DNA of 64,000 nucleotides from Nostoc sp. (GCA_036918135.1 JBALDB010000025.1:1-64000), one strand, 5' to 3'; shown: positions 9,956-20,667, counted from the first letter of the stretch. Notes: generated by a model from the letters alone, not told the origin. Numbers and translations are program-made.

Positions 9956-12445
9956 ATGCTGAATATGCCAGATCTACCGCTTCAGTGCAAAAAGTTGAAA
10001 GAGCAAGTTGAATCTATATTACAACTTTTACAGCAAGAACCAACGCTACGTTCTCAAGATATTACATCTGTACAAACTTCTTTAAATAAAGCGATTTGTC
10101 CAAAATTTGAGATTGTATTTGCAGGTGCTTTTAGTGCTGGTAAATCAATGCTAATCAATGCACTTTTAGAGAGAGAATTATTGTATAGTGCAGAGGGACA
10201 CGCTACAGGTACAGAATGTAAAATCGAGTATGCAGAACTAGATAAAGAACGCGTTGTTTTGACTTTTTCAAGTGAAGCGGAAATTCGGGAACAAGCAGTT
10301 TTTTTATGTCAGCAACTAGGATTTAAGACAGTAGCTAATATCAACCAAGGTGATGTAATTAATTTGCTACGTCAAGGTTGCGAAGCCATTATTCAGCAGG
10401 AGGGTGGTGAGAGTAAATCAGAACGTGCAAAACAGGCGAAGGCGTTAATCTTATTGCTAGAGGGATATATAGCAAACCGCGATCGCATCAGTACGGTGAT
10501 TAATGCTACATATTCAATGGAGCAATTTAATTTTTCTAATCTTAAGGAAGCTGCGGGATATGCGCGCCGTGGTAGTAATAGCGCGGTATTGAAGCGGATA
10601 GAATATTACTGCAACCATCCTTTGCTAGAAGATGGAAATGTCATTATCGATACGCCGGGTATCGATGCGCCAGTGGAGAAGGATGCACAGCTAACTTATG
10701 CCAAAATTCAACATCCCGATACTTCAGCTGTAATATGTGTGCTAAAACCTGCTTCGGCGGGTGACATGACAAAAGAAGAAACAGAACTTTTGGAATTAAT
10801 GCGAGAGAATGGGGGAGTACGCGATCGCGTTTTTTACATCTTCAACCGCATCGATGAGACTTGGTACAATACTCAGCTACGCCAACGATTAGATGATTTA
10901 ATTAGTGGGCAATTTCGGGATACAAGTAGGGTTTATAAAACTAGTGGCTTACTAGGATTTTATGGCAGTCAAATTAAACAAACAAGTCAAAACGATAGAT
11001 TTGGTTTAGATTCTTGTTTTGCTGAAAGCGTCAAAAGTTTGGATGGGAAAGAAGAAACACCACAATTTGTCTATGCCTTTAACAATTATTGTGTAAATTC
11101 AGGGAAGCTATCTTCTACAAAATTCCGTGTTTCTGTCAACGGTTTTGAAACGCCAAATCAAAATTATGTGCGGATTCTGGGAAATTGGGGAAATGAACTA
11201 ATAGAACAGCTAATTGAAGATAGTGGAATTGAGGATTTTCGTACAGCGATTACTCGTTATTTGACTGAAGAAAAGCGTCCCCAATTATTTAAGACTCTTG
11301 CAAACGACTTGGGAGATGTTTGTATCGAACTGAAGAAACATTACCAGAGTGTACAACGTAATTTAGAGAGTCAACCCCAAGAAATTGAGACGATGAAGGC
11401 GCAAGAATTACAACGCCTTAATCAACAACTTCAGCAGATTGGTAAAGACTTTAGTCAGCAGATCGCAGAAGAAGTTAACCTAATAATTACTAGTTCTTGT
11501 GATACTTTTGAAGGTGATTTTAAGCAATTGCAATCCGGAATGATTCGCCGTCTAGATGAGTTATTAGATACTTTTTCCGTAGCTTCTGCTTATCGACGTG
11601 CAACAATTAGTCACCCTCGCAATGCTACTGCACCTTTACTGGCGATTTTAGTCGAGGCATTTTATTACTTAGCAAATCAATTAGAAGATATTTTAATCGA
11701 ATCTTCTCAACAAATAGTTGCAAATTTTTTCCAACGGTTGCTCGAAAAAATTCGCAAATCAGAATATTATCGCCAATTGTATCGCTTATTAGATAATGAT
11801 GGTGGCATAGAACAAGAAATTAGAAATTTAGAAAAACGAGTTACTCAAGCTGTAGTGAGTGCGGCTAGTGTAGAGTGCGATCGCTTTGTCCGAGAAAGTC
11901 CCAGATTTTATGACGAAGGCACTTTTTCTATATATCAATTTCGCCAGACTTTATTACAAACTTCCCAAACTTACGACGCTGAAAGTATTGTCGAAGCAGA
12001 ACCAGCAATTAGGCAATTATTGAAATTAGATTTTGAGCCAAAAGTTTCCCAAACTATTCGTAAATCTTTCCGTCAAACCATCAATCAAATCCTGAAAACT
12101 CAGTTATTACCAATGGCGGATCGACAAGCAGATGATATTTTGCAACAGTATCCACAAGCGCGTGCTTTTTTAGAGAAAACCCTCGAACAAGAAGCTGAAG
12201 CAAAAATTGCTACTAATCGGCGATTATTAAATGTTCTGGCAGAAAATATTGAAACGTATAATTCAGCTGCTTCTAGTATCAATCTTTGTTTACAAGCGAT
12301 GCAACTATCTGACCATTTTTTACCTGTAATTGGAGATGTAGAATTTATCTATTTTACCCTTGATTTATTAGAAAATGATGGTCGATTTGCTACCAATGGA
12401 TTTGCGATTTCAGACGGTTTAGTTGATGGAGTACAAGGGGTTTAA
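9956..12445 (+). CDS. Dynamin-like GTPase (SynDLP/KGK-associated type)
   Basis: GAFSAGKS P-loop, DTPG, NRID, HPRN motif; likely start at the ATG of codon 4 (9965). Confidence 0.9.
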   Translation: MLNMPDLPLQCKKLKEQVESILQLLQQEPTLRSQDITSVQTSLNKAICPKFEIVFAGAFSAGKSMLINALLERELLYSAEGHATGTECKIEYAELDKERVVLTFSSEAEIREQAVFLCQQLGFKTVANINQGDVINLLRQGCEAIIQQEGGESKSERAKQAKALILLLEGYIANRDRISTVINATYSMEQFNFSNLKEAAGYARRGSNSAVLKRIEYYCNHPLLEDGNVIIDTPGIDAPVEKDAQLTYAKIQHPDTSAVICVLKPASAGDMTKEETELLELMRENGGVRDRVFYIFNRIDETWYNTQLRQRLDDLISGQFRDTSRVYKTSGLLGFYGSQIKQTSQNDRFGLDSCFAESVKSLDGKEETPQFVYAFNNYCVNSGKLSSTKFRVSVNGFETPNQNYVRILGNWGNELIEQLIEDSGIEDFRTAITRYLTEEKRPQLFKTLANDLGDVCIELKKHYQSVQRNLESQPQEIETMKAQELQRLNQQLQQIGKDFSQQIAEEVNLIITSSCDTFEGDFKQLQSGMIRRLDELLDTFSVASAYRRATISHPRNATAPLLAILVEAFYYLANQLEDILIESSQQIVANFFQRLLEKIRKSEYYRQLYRLLDNDGGIEQEIRNLEKRVTQAVVSAASVECDRFVRESPRFYDEGTFSIYQFRQTLLQTSQTYDAESIVEAEPAIRQLLKLDFEPKVSQTIRKSFRQTINQILKTQLLPMADRQADDILQQYPQARAFLEKTLEQEAEAKIATNRRLLNVLAENIETYNSAASSINLCLQAMQLSDHFLPVIGDVEFIYFTLDLLENDGRFATNGFAISDGLVDGVQGV

Positions 12446-12478
12446 CATAAATAAATTATCAAAAACTCAAAAATAGAG

Positions 12479-12871
12479 GTGGATATGCAAGATGAATTTA
12501 AGCCAATAGAGTGTAATGATGGTGATGTTTTAGACTTCGGAGACATGACGTATAAAATTGCTAAATTTAAACAAGCAATGAATGCCTCTTCTAACTCCAC
12601 ACTAACATATGCATTAAATCAAGAATTAAGTAGGCAAGGAGTAAATCTAAAACTGTTTCAGAATATGAATTGGTTTCAGAAGGGTATAGATTGTGAAATT
12701 TTAACACTCGGTTCTCAAAGCTGGAAAAAGGGGAAAGTGAAATTTCAAATAAGCGTTGAATTTTATGCTAAAGAGGAAGATCTACAAATAACTAATAGCA
12801 ACAATTCAGAAATCACTGGAACAGAATCGCCTCTTGATGATCTTCGCCGCATGATTCAAGAGGTAAATTAG
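12479..12871 (+). CDS. KGK domain protein
   Basis: GIDCEILTLGSQSWKKGKVK and ESPLDDLRR signatures; follows the dynamin gene. Confidence 0.88.
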   Translation: MDMQDEFKPIECNDGDVLDFGDMTYKIAKFKQAMNASSNSTLTYALNQELSRQGVNLKLFQNMNWFQKGIDCEILTLGSQSWKKGKVKFQISVEFYAKEEDLQITNSNNSEITGTESPLDDLRRMIQEVN

Positions 12872-12889
12872 TCAACAAAAACTTACATG

Positions 12890-12988
12890 TAGCAATGCTA
12901 TTTGATTTGTGAAAATTGAAAGGTTTAGATTCCTGACCTCTTAAAGAAGTCGGGAATATTTTTATTGACGAATGATTTACGCTTGCTA
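12890..12988. repeat. MITE-like element with internal hairpin
   Basis: Imperfect TIRs TAGCAATGCTATTTGATTTGT / ACGAATGATTTACGCTTGCTA; inner ATTCCTGACCTC..GAAGTCGGGAAT. Confidence 0.6.
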
Positions 12989-13083
12989 TAACTACTTTGT
13001 ATAAAACTGGATACTGGAGATTAAAGACTAGCGACTAAAGAAGAATTTTCCTAACCCAGTACTTTATCCCCAGTCGCCAACTT

Positions 13084-14112
13084 ATGACTATCAAACGCCG
13101 ACAATTTCTTACAACTTGTGGACTCGCTACCTTAGCTACCCACATACCACTACTTACTACTCAAGGTAAGCTATCCTCAAATACTGTCCTCAAGCCACCA
13201 CGCCTACAAGTGGGTGATACTGTAGGATTAATCGCGCCTGCGGGTATTGTTGACGCCAAAGATATCGAAGCAGCGCAAAAATCAATTACACAATTAGGGT
13301 TAAAAGTCAAGCAAGGTAAGCATATTTTAGAGCGTTATGGTTATTTAGCGGGTAGAGATGGCGATCGCGCTGAGGATGTAAACTTAATGTTTAGCGATCG
13401 CTCCATCAAAGCAATAATTGCCATGCGTGGTGGTTGGGGTTGTAATCGGATTTTACCCTTAATAAACTATTCACTAATTCGCTCCCATCCCAAAATCCTC
13501 ATCGGATACAGCGATATTACTACTTTGTTGTTGGCAATTAATGCTCGTAGTCAGATAATTACTTTTCACGGGCCCGTAGCCACATCTACCTGGAATCAGT
13601 TTACAATGGATTACTTCCAGCGCATCCTATTTAATGGTGAAGCCGTAACCATGCAAAATTCCAACACTAAGGAAGTGCGAGTGGAGATAATAGCACCAGG
13701 AAAAGCCAGGGGTAAACTTGTGGGTGGAAACTTATCAGTATTGTCAGCGATGGTAGGATCGCCTTATCTACCTTCCTGGAACAAAAGTATTTTATTTGTA
13801 GAAGAAATTGGTGAGGATATTTACCGTGTGGATAGGATGTTAACCCAGTTAAAAACTGCTGGGATACTTAACCAAATTGCTGGCTTTATCTTCGGACAAT
13901 GTACTAATTGTAGTCTTGGGGATGAACCATCATTTACCTTAATGCAAGTATTGCAAGACCATATAGTTCCTTTGCGTATTCCTGCTTGGTACGGTTCAAT
14001 GATTGGTCATATTAAAGATAAATTTACTGTACCAATTGGTGTGGAAGTAGAGATAAATGCTAATCTGGGAACAATACAAATGTTAGAATCGGCTGTCAGT
14101 GCCCAAGTGTAG
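13084..14112 (+). CDS. LD-carboxypeptidase (peptidase S66) with Tat-like signal
   Basis: KRRQFL twin-arginine, RGGWG, GYSDIT, GGNL, GH. Confidence 0.92.
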   Translation: MTIKRRQFLTTCGLATLATHIPLLTTQGKLSSNTVLKPPRLQVGDTVGLIAPAGIVDAKDIEAAQKSITQLGLKVKQGKHILERYGYLAGRDGDRAEDVNLMFSDRSIKAIIAMRGGWGCNRILPLINYSLIRSHPKILIGYSDITTLLLAINARSQIITFHGPVATSTWNQFTMDYFQRILFNGEAVTMQNSNTKEVRVEIIAPGKARGKLVGGNLSVLSAMVGSPYLPSWNKSILFVEEIGEDIYRVDRMLTQLKTAGILNQIAGFIFGQCTNCSLGDEPSFTLMQVLQDHIVPLRIPAWYGSMIGHIKDKFTVPIGVEVEINANLGTIQMLESAVSAQV

Positions 14113-14216
14113 TAGCGTTAGTGTAGCCCACCGTAGTATTGCTTTTTAGATAAATCACAAATGTGGTTGTGTCAATACCTTTTACTATTGATTGAAACTG
14201 ACTAGGAAAAATTAAC

Positions 14217-14606
14217 ATGAAACTTAATCCCAAAATAACGCAAATATTCGTTGTAATCATTGGTATTATCCATGTAAGTTTAGCATTTGTAGAGATTTTT
14301 TTTGCAGCATTTTTCCTGCAAACGAGGTTTTGTTTTCCAGCAGAAATAGCTATTCAAGCAGAACCAATTGTGAAAAATGCAGGTATTTATAATAGTTTTA
14401 TTGCAGCAGGGTTATTATGGTCAGCTTTCGACACTACTAATCAAAAGCCATTACGCATCTTCTTTTTAGTTTGCGTCATTGTTGCAGGGATTTTTGGAGC
14501 AATTACCTTAAAACCAACTACTTTAATTATTCAAACTATTCCAGCTCTAATTGCCCTTGTATTAGTTTGGAAAACTAAAGCTGATTCTACTGAACCAGCC
14601 TTATAA
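14217..14606 (+). CDS. DUF1304-like small membrane protein
   Basis: IH..E, NAGIYNSFIAAGLLW, VAGIFGA, QTIPA pattern. Confidence 0.75.
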   Translation: MKLNPKITQIFVVIIGIIHVSLAFVEIFFAAFFLQTRFCFPAEIAIQAEPIVKNAGIYNSFIAAGLLWSAFDTTNQKPLRIFFLVCVIVAGIFGAITLKPTTLIIQTIPALIALVLVWKTKADSTEPAL

Positions 14607-14753
14607 ATAAACTCACAAGGTGCTGCTATCTATAAATTCTAGCATTATTATGAGTATTTTTACACTAGTTACTCCCTTTTTAAGTATTCTCTTAAATGTT
14701 GCGATCGGTAAAGCAAAAAGTTTTCTATAAGCTTAACCAATAGTTAATTTTAG

Positions 14754-15644
14754 CTAAGAAATACTTGGAAAATCAATCATCGTCTGACGATAAACATCTG
14801 GCAAACCTGTATCAAAACACTTACCTTTAACAACATATCCTGTCATTCCTTCTTGCTGACGTAATCTTTCAAGACATGATGTTAACTGAAATTCACCTCG
14901 TTCTTGAAAATTTTGGTTGATGTGTTCTGCTAGAAAGTCAAAAATTTTCGGACTCAGTAAATACAAGCCAAATATACCCAAAAACTCATTTTCTGCCATT
15001 CCTTCGATATGCAGATGGTTTTGTGCGTACTCAACCGTAGGTTTTTCATATAATTGTGTAACTTTTAAAATCGAGTTTAACTCCTGCCAAACTCCCGTTA
15101 CACATCCTGCTTTATGAATAATTTCTGCTGGCATTGCAGTTAAACCAACAATACTTTGATTAACTTTATCATAAATATCTAAAACTTGATTAGCACAAGA
15201 TTTTTCCAAATTAGATGCATAAATGTGGTCACCCAACATTAACAGAAACGCTTCATTTTGTACCCAATCATTAGCACAAAAGACTGCATGACCATAGCCT
15301 AATTGCTCCTCCTGCAATAAGATAGTGATTTTGCTGCCTAATTCTTCTAAGTATCGGCTGTATTCTTGATTTTCTGGGGAAAGTTTGGCTAAAAGTTCTT
15401 TTTTAGGTGGTTTTTTCAATAAATTTTCAAATATTTCTTTGTCATCTGGCTGCACTACTATTCCCACTTCTGTAATTCCAGCACTAATTGCCTCTTCAAT
15501 AATTGCTAAAATCACAGGTTTTGCTCTACCATCTCGGTCGATAATCGGGAAAAGTTCTTTTTTGACAACTTTGGTAGCTGGAAACAAACGAGTACCGAAA
15601 CCAGCTACGGGAATCACAGCTTTTTTCACTTTATCTTTTTGCAT
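14754..15644 (-). CDS. Sugar-phosphate nucleotidyltransferase (GalU-like)
   Basis: VIPVAGFGTRLFPATK, GYGHAV, LGDH, EKP. Confidence 0.85.
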   Translation of the reverse strand: MQKDKVKKAVIPVAGFGTRLFPATKVVKKELFPIIDRDGRAKPVILAIIEEAISAGITEVGIVVQPDDKEIFENLLKKPPKKELLAKLSPENQEYSRYLEELGSKITILLQEEQLGYGHAVFCANDWVQNEAFLLMLGDHIYASNLEKSCANQVLDIYDKVNQSIVGLTAMPAEIIHKAGCVTGVWQELNSILKVTQLYEKPTVEYAQNHLHIEGMAENEFLGIFGLYLLSPKIFDFLAEHINQNFQERGEFQLTSCLERLRQQEGMTGYVVKGKCFDTGLPDVYRQTMIDFPSIS

Positions 15645-15825
15645 AAATTATCAGTCCTCGTCGCTTAAAATCTCCCGGTGTTGCTTCAGGCAAAGTTGCA
15701 GCAGAGGTTTCCTCAGCTCAGACTTTCCAAGACAAAGGCGCAAAGGTTTAAAGAATAATTCATCCCTAAATTTAGTAATATTAATCTCTCCTGTGTTCTG
15801 TACTCTTTGCGTCTGGAACAGTTCG

Positions 15826-16995
15826 TTACCCCAACTTTTCAAATAACTTTGCCAATACTACATTAGAAAACAAAAATCCTTGGGGATCGCTCAAACGCAA
15901 CCTTCCTGCTGCAACTTCCACCCAACCTTTATCAAAATACAATCGCAAATACTTACAAATTTCCTCTACCTTCTGTTCCCCAAATGCTGCTAAATTTACA
16001 CCCTCCGCTAAACGCAACCCCAACATTAACGTTTCTAACAATATTTCTTTTGGGGGAGTCACTTGACAATCAATCACACCGCCAGCTTGCACCCATTGGT
16101 AATATTCCTTAGTCTTACGCGGACGAGTGAAGCGTTTTTCTTCAAGATAACTCGCCGCACCCATACCGAAACCATAATAAGGGCGGTTTTCCCAATACAC
16201 TCGATTATGCTGACATTGATGACCAGGTTGGGCATAATTAGAAATTTCATAATGCTCATAACCTGCATCGGTCAAAACCTGCTGCGCCATTTGGTACATT
16301 TTGACTGTGGTTTCATCCGTCGGTAAAGAACCCTCGCCAGGTTTGTAGTAACGACCAAAGGCTGTACCTGGTTCGATGGTAAGATCGTAGATAGATATGT
16401 GAGTCGGTAAAAGCGCCCTGGCTTTATTTAGAGAATCATGCCATAGATCCAAAGACTGATGCGGCAACCCAGAAATTAAGTCTAAGCTAAATTCAGGAAT
16501 CTCAACTTGGTGGATTAATTCCACAGCTGCGAAAATATCTTCGAGTGAGTGCGATCGCCCCGCAATTTGCAATAATTCTTGATTAAAGGCTTGTACGCCC
16601 AAACTTACGCGGTTCACCCCTGCACTACGATAACCTGCTAAATGTTCTAAATCAAAGGTAGCTGGGTCCATTTCCATAGAAATTTCTACCCCAGAAGCAA
16701 TACCGAAACGCTGCTCTAGCATTGTCAGTATACGTTCTAACTGCTCTATTGATAGCAGTGAAGGAGTACCACCACCAAAGAAAATTGTCTTCAGGGGTTG
16801 ACCAAATGCTGGGGTGATGGCAATTTCTTGACATAGCACCTCAACATAATGGGAGATAGTACCAGATGTTTCGCCCCGCAAGCGATCGCCCACAACAGAT
16901 ACCGGGAAATCACAATAAAAACACCGCCGTCTGCAAAAGGGAATATGTATGTAAGCAGAACTTGCAATTTCAAAAATATCGAATTTTTGACTCAT
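15826..16995 (-). CDS. hemW: Radical SAM heme chaperone HemW
   Basis: YIHIPFCRRRCFYCDF, GGGTPS, YEISN, HNRVYW. Confidence 0.9.
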   Translation of the reverse strand: MSQKFDIFEIASSAYIHIPFCRRRCFYCDFPVSVVGDRLRGETSGTISHYVEVLCQEIAITPAFGQPLKTIFFGGGTPSLLSIEQLERILTMLEQRFGIASGVEISMEMDPATFDLEHLAGYRSAGVNRVSLGVQAFNQELLQIAGRSHSLEDIFAAVELIHQVEIPEFSLDLISGLPHQSLDLWHDSLNKARALLPTHISIYDLTIEPGTAFGRYYKPGEGSLPTDETTVKMYQMAQQVLTDAGYEHYEISNYAQPGHQCQHNRVYWENRPYYGFGMGAASYLEEKRFTRPRKTKEYYQWVQAGGVIDCQVTPPKEILLETLMLGLRLAEGVNLAAFGEQKVEEICKYLRLYFDKGWVEVAAGRLRLSDPQGFLFSNVVLAKLFEKLG

Positions 16996-17246
16996 TTTGA
17001 GAAAAAATTAAGTTAGCCCTACTGCAAATTAGAAATTATCAAAATAACTAGTTTATTTACAATTTTTTATCGTTTTACAACGAAATAATGAAAAATATGA
17101 ATATAAAAAGCTTTGGTTATAATAATTGCAGATATTGTTTACCTAAACCCTTAGTGTAAGTCAATATTAATTAATTTAGACTTACCGATGAAATAAAAAA
17201 TACTTAACTTTATCGGTTAACACAGTCGCAGGAAAACAAGATAATC

Positions 17247-18323
17247 ATGCTTGACGCCATTATAATTTTTTCATTTATCCTAGCAGCATCGGGAATAGGG
17301 TTCTATAGCATAGAACTGCTACCCAATGAGACATTGTCTAAGGTGACAAATCTAGAAGCCTTACGCTTAATTGTTGCTGTTTTTGCCGCCATTATTGGTG
17401 GTGCGATCGGATTGAGTTTCCAGACGAGATATCGTCGCCTAGAGGCACAAGTCAAAGAAATGCCCTTAGAAGCGATCTTAACTCGCGCGATCGGCTTAGT
17501 AATTGGGCTATTGCTAGCAAACCTCATGTTGGCACCGTTATTTTTGTTACCCATCCCAGCAGATTTTGGATTTATTAAGCCACTGGTGGCAGTTGTTGGT
17601 AGTATTATCCTTGCTGTGACTGGCATGAATTTGGCAGATACCCACGGACGAGGCTTATTGCGGTTCATTAATCCCAACCCTGTAGAATCGTTGGTTGTGG
17701 AAGGAACGCTAAAACCTGCTAACACCAAAGTTTTAGACACTAGCTGCATTATCGACGGCCGCATTGAAGCGCTACTAGAAACAGGGTTTCTCGAAGGACA
17801 AATTATTGTACCGCAGTTTGTCTTGCAGGAACTCCAACAAGTAGCTGATGCGAGCAAAGATCAAAAGCGGGTGCGGGGAAGGCGAGGACTGGAAATTCTC
17901 AACCGCGTTAAGGAAACTTATCCCGATCGTATCCTGATCAACCCAGTTGACTACGAAGATATTTCCACAGTTGATGCCAAGTTAGTCCGCTTTGCCCAAG
18001 AAATTAGCGGTACACTGCTAACCAATGACTACAACTTGTCTAAAGTCGCTAGCGTCCAGAAAGTACCTGTTTTGAATGTGAATGATTTAGTAAATGCTGT
18101 CCGTCCGAGTTATTTACCTGGCGACAACCTGGATTTGAAAATTCTCAAAGAAGGTAAAGAACCCAGCCAAGGGATTGGCTATTTAGATGACGGCACAATG
18201 GTAGTTGTTGAAGAAGGTAGCAGTTATGTAGGTGGTGAATTGCGGGTAGTAGTCACCAGTGCTTTACAAACGACAGCAGGAAGAATGATTTTTGCCAAAC
18301 CCCAAGCTTCAGCATTGGCGTAA
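17247..18323 (+). CDS. Membrane PIN/TRAM domain protein (YacL-like)
   Basis: N-terminal TM helices, LDTSCIIDGR, TNDYNL, GYLDDGTMVVVE. Confidence 0.92.
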   Translation: MLDAIIIFSFILAASGIGFYSIELLPNETLSKVTNLEALRLIVAVFAAIIGGAIGLSFQTRYRRLEAQVKEMPLEAILTRAIGLVIGLLLANLMLAPLFLLPIPADFGFIKPLVAVVGSIILAVTGMNLADTHGRGLLRFINPNPVESLVVEGTLKPANTKVLDTSCIIDGRIEALLETGFLEGQIIVPQFVLQELQQVADASKDQKRVRGRRGLEILNRVKETYPDRILINPVDYEDISTVDAKLVRFAQEISGTLLTNDYNLSKVASVQKVPVLNVNDLVNAVRPSYLPGDNLDLKILKEGKEPSQGIGYLDDGTMVVVEEGSSYVGGELRVVVTSALQTTAGRMIFAKPQASALA

Positions 18324-18352
18324 GGGGAATGTTCGGTGCAACTGAACCCAAA

Positions 18353-18385
18353 CAATAATCGGTGCAGTCAACCTGCATCGATTAT
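18353..18385. terminator. Hairpin between convergent genes
   Basis: AATAATCGGTGCAG-TCAAC-CTGCATCGATTATT. Confidence 0.65.
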
Positions 18386-18388
18386 TTA

Positions 18389-19156
18389 TTAATTAGACTC
18401 ATCAGACTCTGTTCCTTGTAAATACTTTAACTGCTCAATTGCTAATCCTGTCACTGTTGCTATTTGTTCTAATGGCATACCAGTATTCAATAAATTTCTA
18501 GCCACTTCAAGTAAGGCTTCAGCTTTCCCTTCTTGTAAAATATCTTGATAAATTGGTGATTCGCGCATAATATCTGACCTCAAAACTCGTCTGATAACCT
18601 CTTTATCTAATACTAAACCAGCTAAAATTGCTGTAGAAGCAGCAATATTACTTTGAGTTCTTGATTCTGTAATATCGTTAATTTTCTCTGCCACTTCATT
18701 AAGTATAACTTCTGGCTGAAGTGAACTACTCAACACCGCTAGAGGTAAAAGTCCAGGCGTTCTCAGAAACACTTCAGTTGGTTGTTCCCAAAGTCTGATA
18801 ACTCCAAATTCATGATGTGTTCCAGAAATTGTAAATGTATTTTGCTGCACCAAATCTGAGTTTGTCTGCTTGAGGTAAATTACAACTTGATGCATTGCTT
18901 TATGTGGAAAGCGCCGATATACTCGTAACCGATAATCAATCATCCGAAAGGGAATTTCTGCATCGACTTGGGTTTGAAATTCTAAATGTAATATGCTTTG
19001 CTCAGGCTGTAACAAAATCAATGCATCAGCACGAATCGGTTCGAGAGATAATTCCTTAGAACTTAGTTCGGTTAAAGTAATCGGTTCGCCTAATAACCAA
19101 GTGGCGAAGTCGCTGGAGAAATTTTCAGCTAAAAATTTGCAGATATTATCAAACAT
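18389..19156 (-). CDS. Rpn family (PD-(D/E)XK) recombination-promoting nuclease / putative transposase
   Basis: IRADALILL..HLEFQT, RMIDY, MRESPIYQ, C-terminal GMPLEQIATVTGL tail. Confidence 0.85.
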   Translation of the reverse strand: MFDNICKFLAENFSSDFATWLLGEPITLTELSSKELSLEPIRADALILLQPEQSILHLEFQTQVDAEIPFRMIDYRLRVYRRFPHKAMHQVVIYLKQTNSDLVQQNTFTISGTHHEFGVIRLWEQPTEVFLRTPGLLPLAVLSSSLQPEVILNEVAEKINDITESRTQSNIAASTAILAGLVLDKEVIRRVLRSDIMRESPIYQDILQEGKAEALLEVARNLLNTGMPLEQIATVTGLAIEQLKYLQGTESDESN

Positions 19157-19247
19157 TTAGGAATCTCAGCAAATGGTATTGGCTTTTTCTACTTTTGCCT
19201 TTGACTACAACAACTGAGTAATTTTTTGGGTTTTCCTTAAAGTCAAG

Positions 19248-19724
19248 TCATAAACATTTTTCCATTACATAGTTTTGAAGCCAAACTCCTCGCCGTTCTA
19301 CTTGCTGTTCCCTAACTATGCTAAATCCCTTGTTTTGAAAAAACGGCTTTGCAGTAATACTCGCTTCTGTATACAGTCGTTTAATTCCTTGTAATTTTGC
19401 AGTATTTTCTAAATGAGTTAAAAGTTTTGAACCAATACCTTTTCTTTGGTATTTACTATGACAATAAAAACAATCAATGTGACCATCTGCTTCTAATTCT
19501 CCAAACCCAACTATCTCACCATTATCTTCAGCAATGTAGGGAAGCTTAGTTTGTAACCTTTTGTGCCAAACTTCATAATCCATATTTTTTGGTGCCCAAG
19601 CATCAACTTGTTCTTGGGTATAGTCGCCAATATTAATTTCATGAATTGTATCGTAAAACAATTTAACAATCGCCTTGGTATCAGATAATCTGTATTCCCT
19701 GATTAACAACATATTAAACCTCAA
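19248..19724 (-). CDS. GNAT N-acetyltransferase (YafP-like)
   Basis: QRKGIGSKLL, ASITAKPFF. Confidence 0.88.
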   Translation of the reverse strand: MRFNMLLIREYRLSDTKAIVKLFYDTIHEINIGDYTQEQVDAWAPKNMDYEVWHKRLQTKLPYIAEDNGEIVGFGELEADGHIDCFYCHSKYQRKGIGSKLLTHLENTAKLQGIKRLYTEASITAKPFFQNKGFSIVREQQVERRGVWLQNYVMEKCL

Positions 19725-20107
19725 GTTTCATAAATCTCTAAGGGCAAATTATCTGGGTCTTTAAAAAAAGTAAATTTTTTACCTGTAAGTTCGTCAATTC
19801 TGATATTTTCTGTTTTGACACCTTGGGAATTTAAATAATCAACAGTTTCCTCGATATCATCAACTTTAAAAGCCAAATGCCTTAAACCACAAGCTTCTGG
19901 GGTACTAAATCTTTGGGGAGGATTTGGAAAAGAGAATAACTCTATTTGAGCATTTTCTCCAACTTGTAAATCTAATTTATAGGAATTTCTCTCAGCACGA
20001 AAAGTCTCTGCAATAATCGAAAACCCTAAAGTTTCAACATAGAATTTTTTAGAGCGATCGTAGTCAGAACAAATAATAGCTATATGATGAATACCAGTGG
20101 TTTTCAT
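19721..20107 (-). CDS. VOC/glyoxalase family protein (YaeR-like)
   Basis: IHHIAII, GLRHLAF, DPDNLPLEIYE. Confidence 0.9.
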   Translation of the reverse strand: MKTTGIHHIAIICSDYDRSKKFYVETLGFSIIAETFRAERNSYKLDLQVGENAQIELFSFPNPPQRFSTPEACGLRHLAFKVDDIEETVDYLNSQGVKTENIRIDELTGKKFTFFKDPDNLPLEIYET

Positions 20108-20475
20108 GTGTAATTATCAACGTACTAATCATCTACCTGTAGCACTTTTAACAGAGTTTTGCTAGTTTTGACAAGACAAGGGCTTTCGCAAAGTGCTACT
20201 CCATTAAATGCACAAGTCTAGCTTAAATATCCAGATATGAATAATGAAGGATTCGATCGAGCATAGATTATAATGAATGCATAAATAGTGTTAATTAGAA
20301 ATTTGCTTATCAAATTGGGTGCAAGTAAGAAACCAAAATAAGCAAAGGAACTTCTAACTCGCTCTAAAGTCTTATAAATAAAGTTTTTTGACAGCCACTG
20401 TGTACCTTTCTTGCACGATATTGGCTCAATTGGCTGTACGCAGTAGTAGCCTTTATGGACAGAGAACAGTGTAAT

Positions 20476-20594
20476 AAGCTATTACGCTTTTAAATTGCAG
20501 GATGGTTGATGAGGTTTGTTGACTGTTGACGGTTAAGTGTCAACCGTCAACAGCCAACACGAAAAGATATGCTGCGTTAAATGCACGACAGCCT
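20476..20594. repeat. Degenerate inverted-repeat element with inner palindrome
   Basis: Inner GTTGACTGTTGACGGTT..AACCGTCAACAGCCAAC; weak outer inverted repeats. Confidence 0.45.
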
Positions 20595-20667
20595 AACATT
20601 GTTCAGCTTGATTATCAGCGTACGTGGTCAACTACTATAACACTATCTATCGCTAAAGAGGTTACAG

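Noticed and set aside
15651..15842. 63-aa ORF between hemW and the nucleotidyltransferase
   Set aside because: Largely made of dispersed repeat sequence, with no recognisable motifs
17303..17857. Long antisense ORFs (also 1777-2241, 15385-15846, 62253-62729)
   Set aside because: Shadow ORFs opposite well-supported genes
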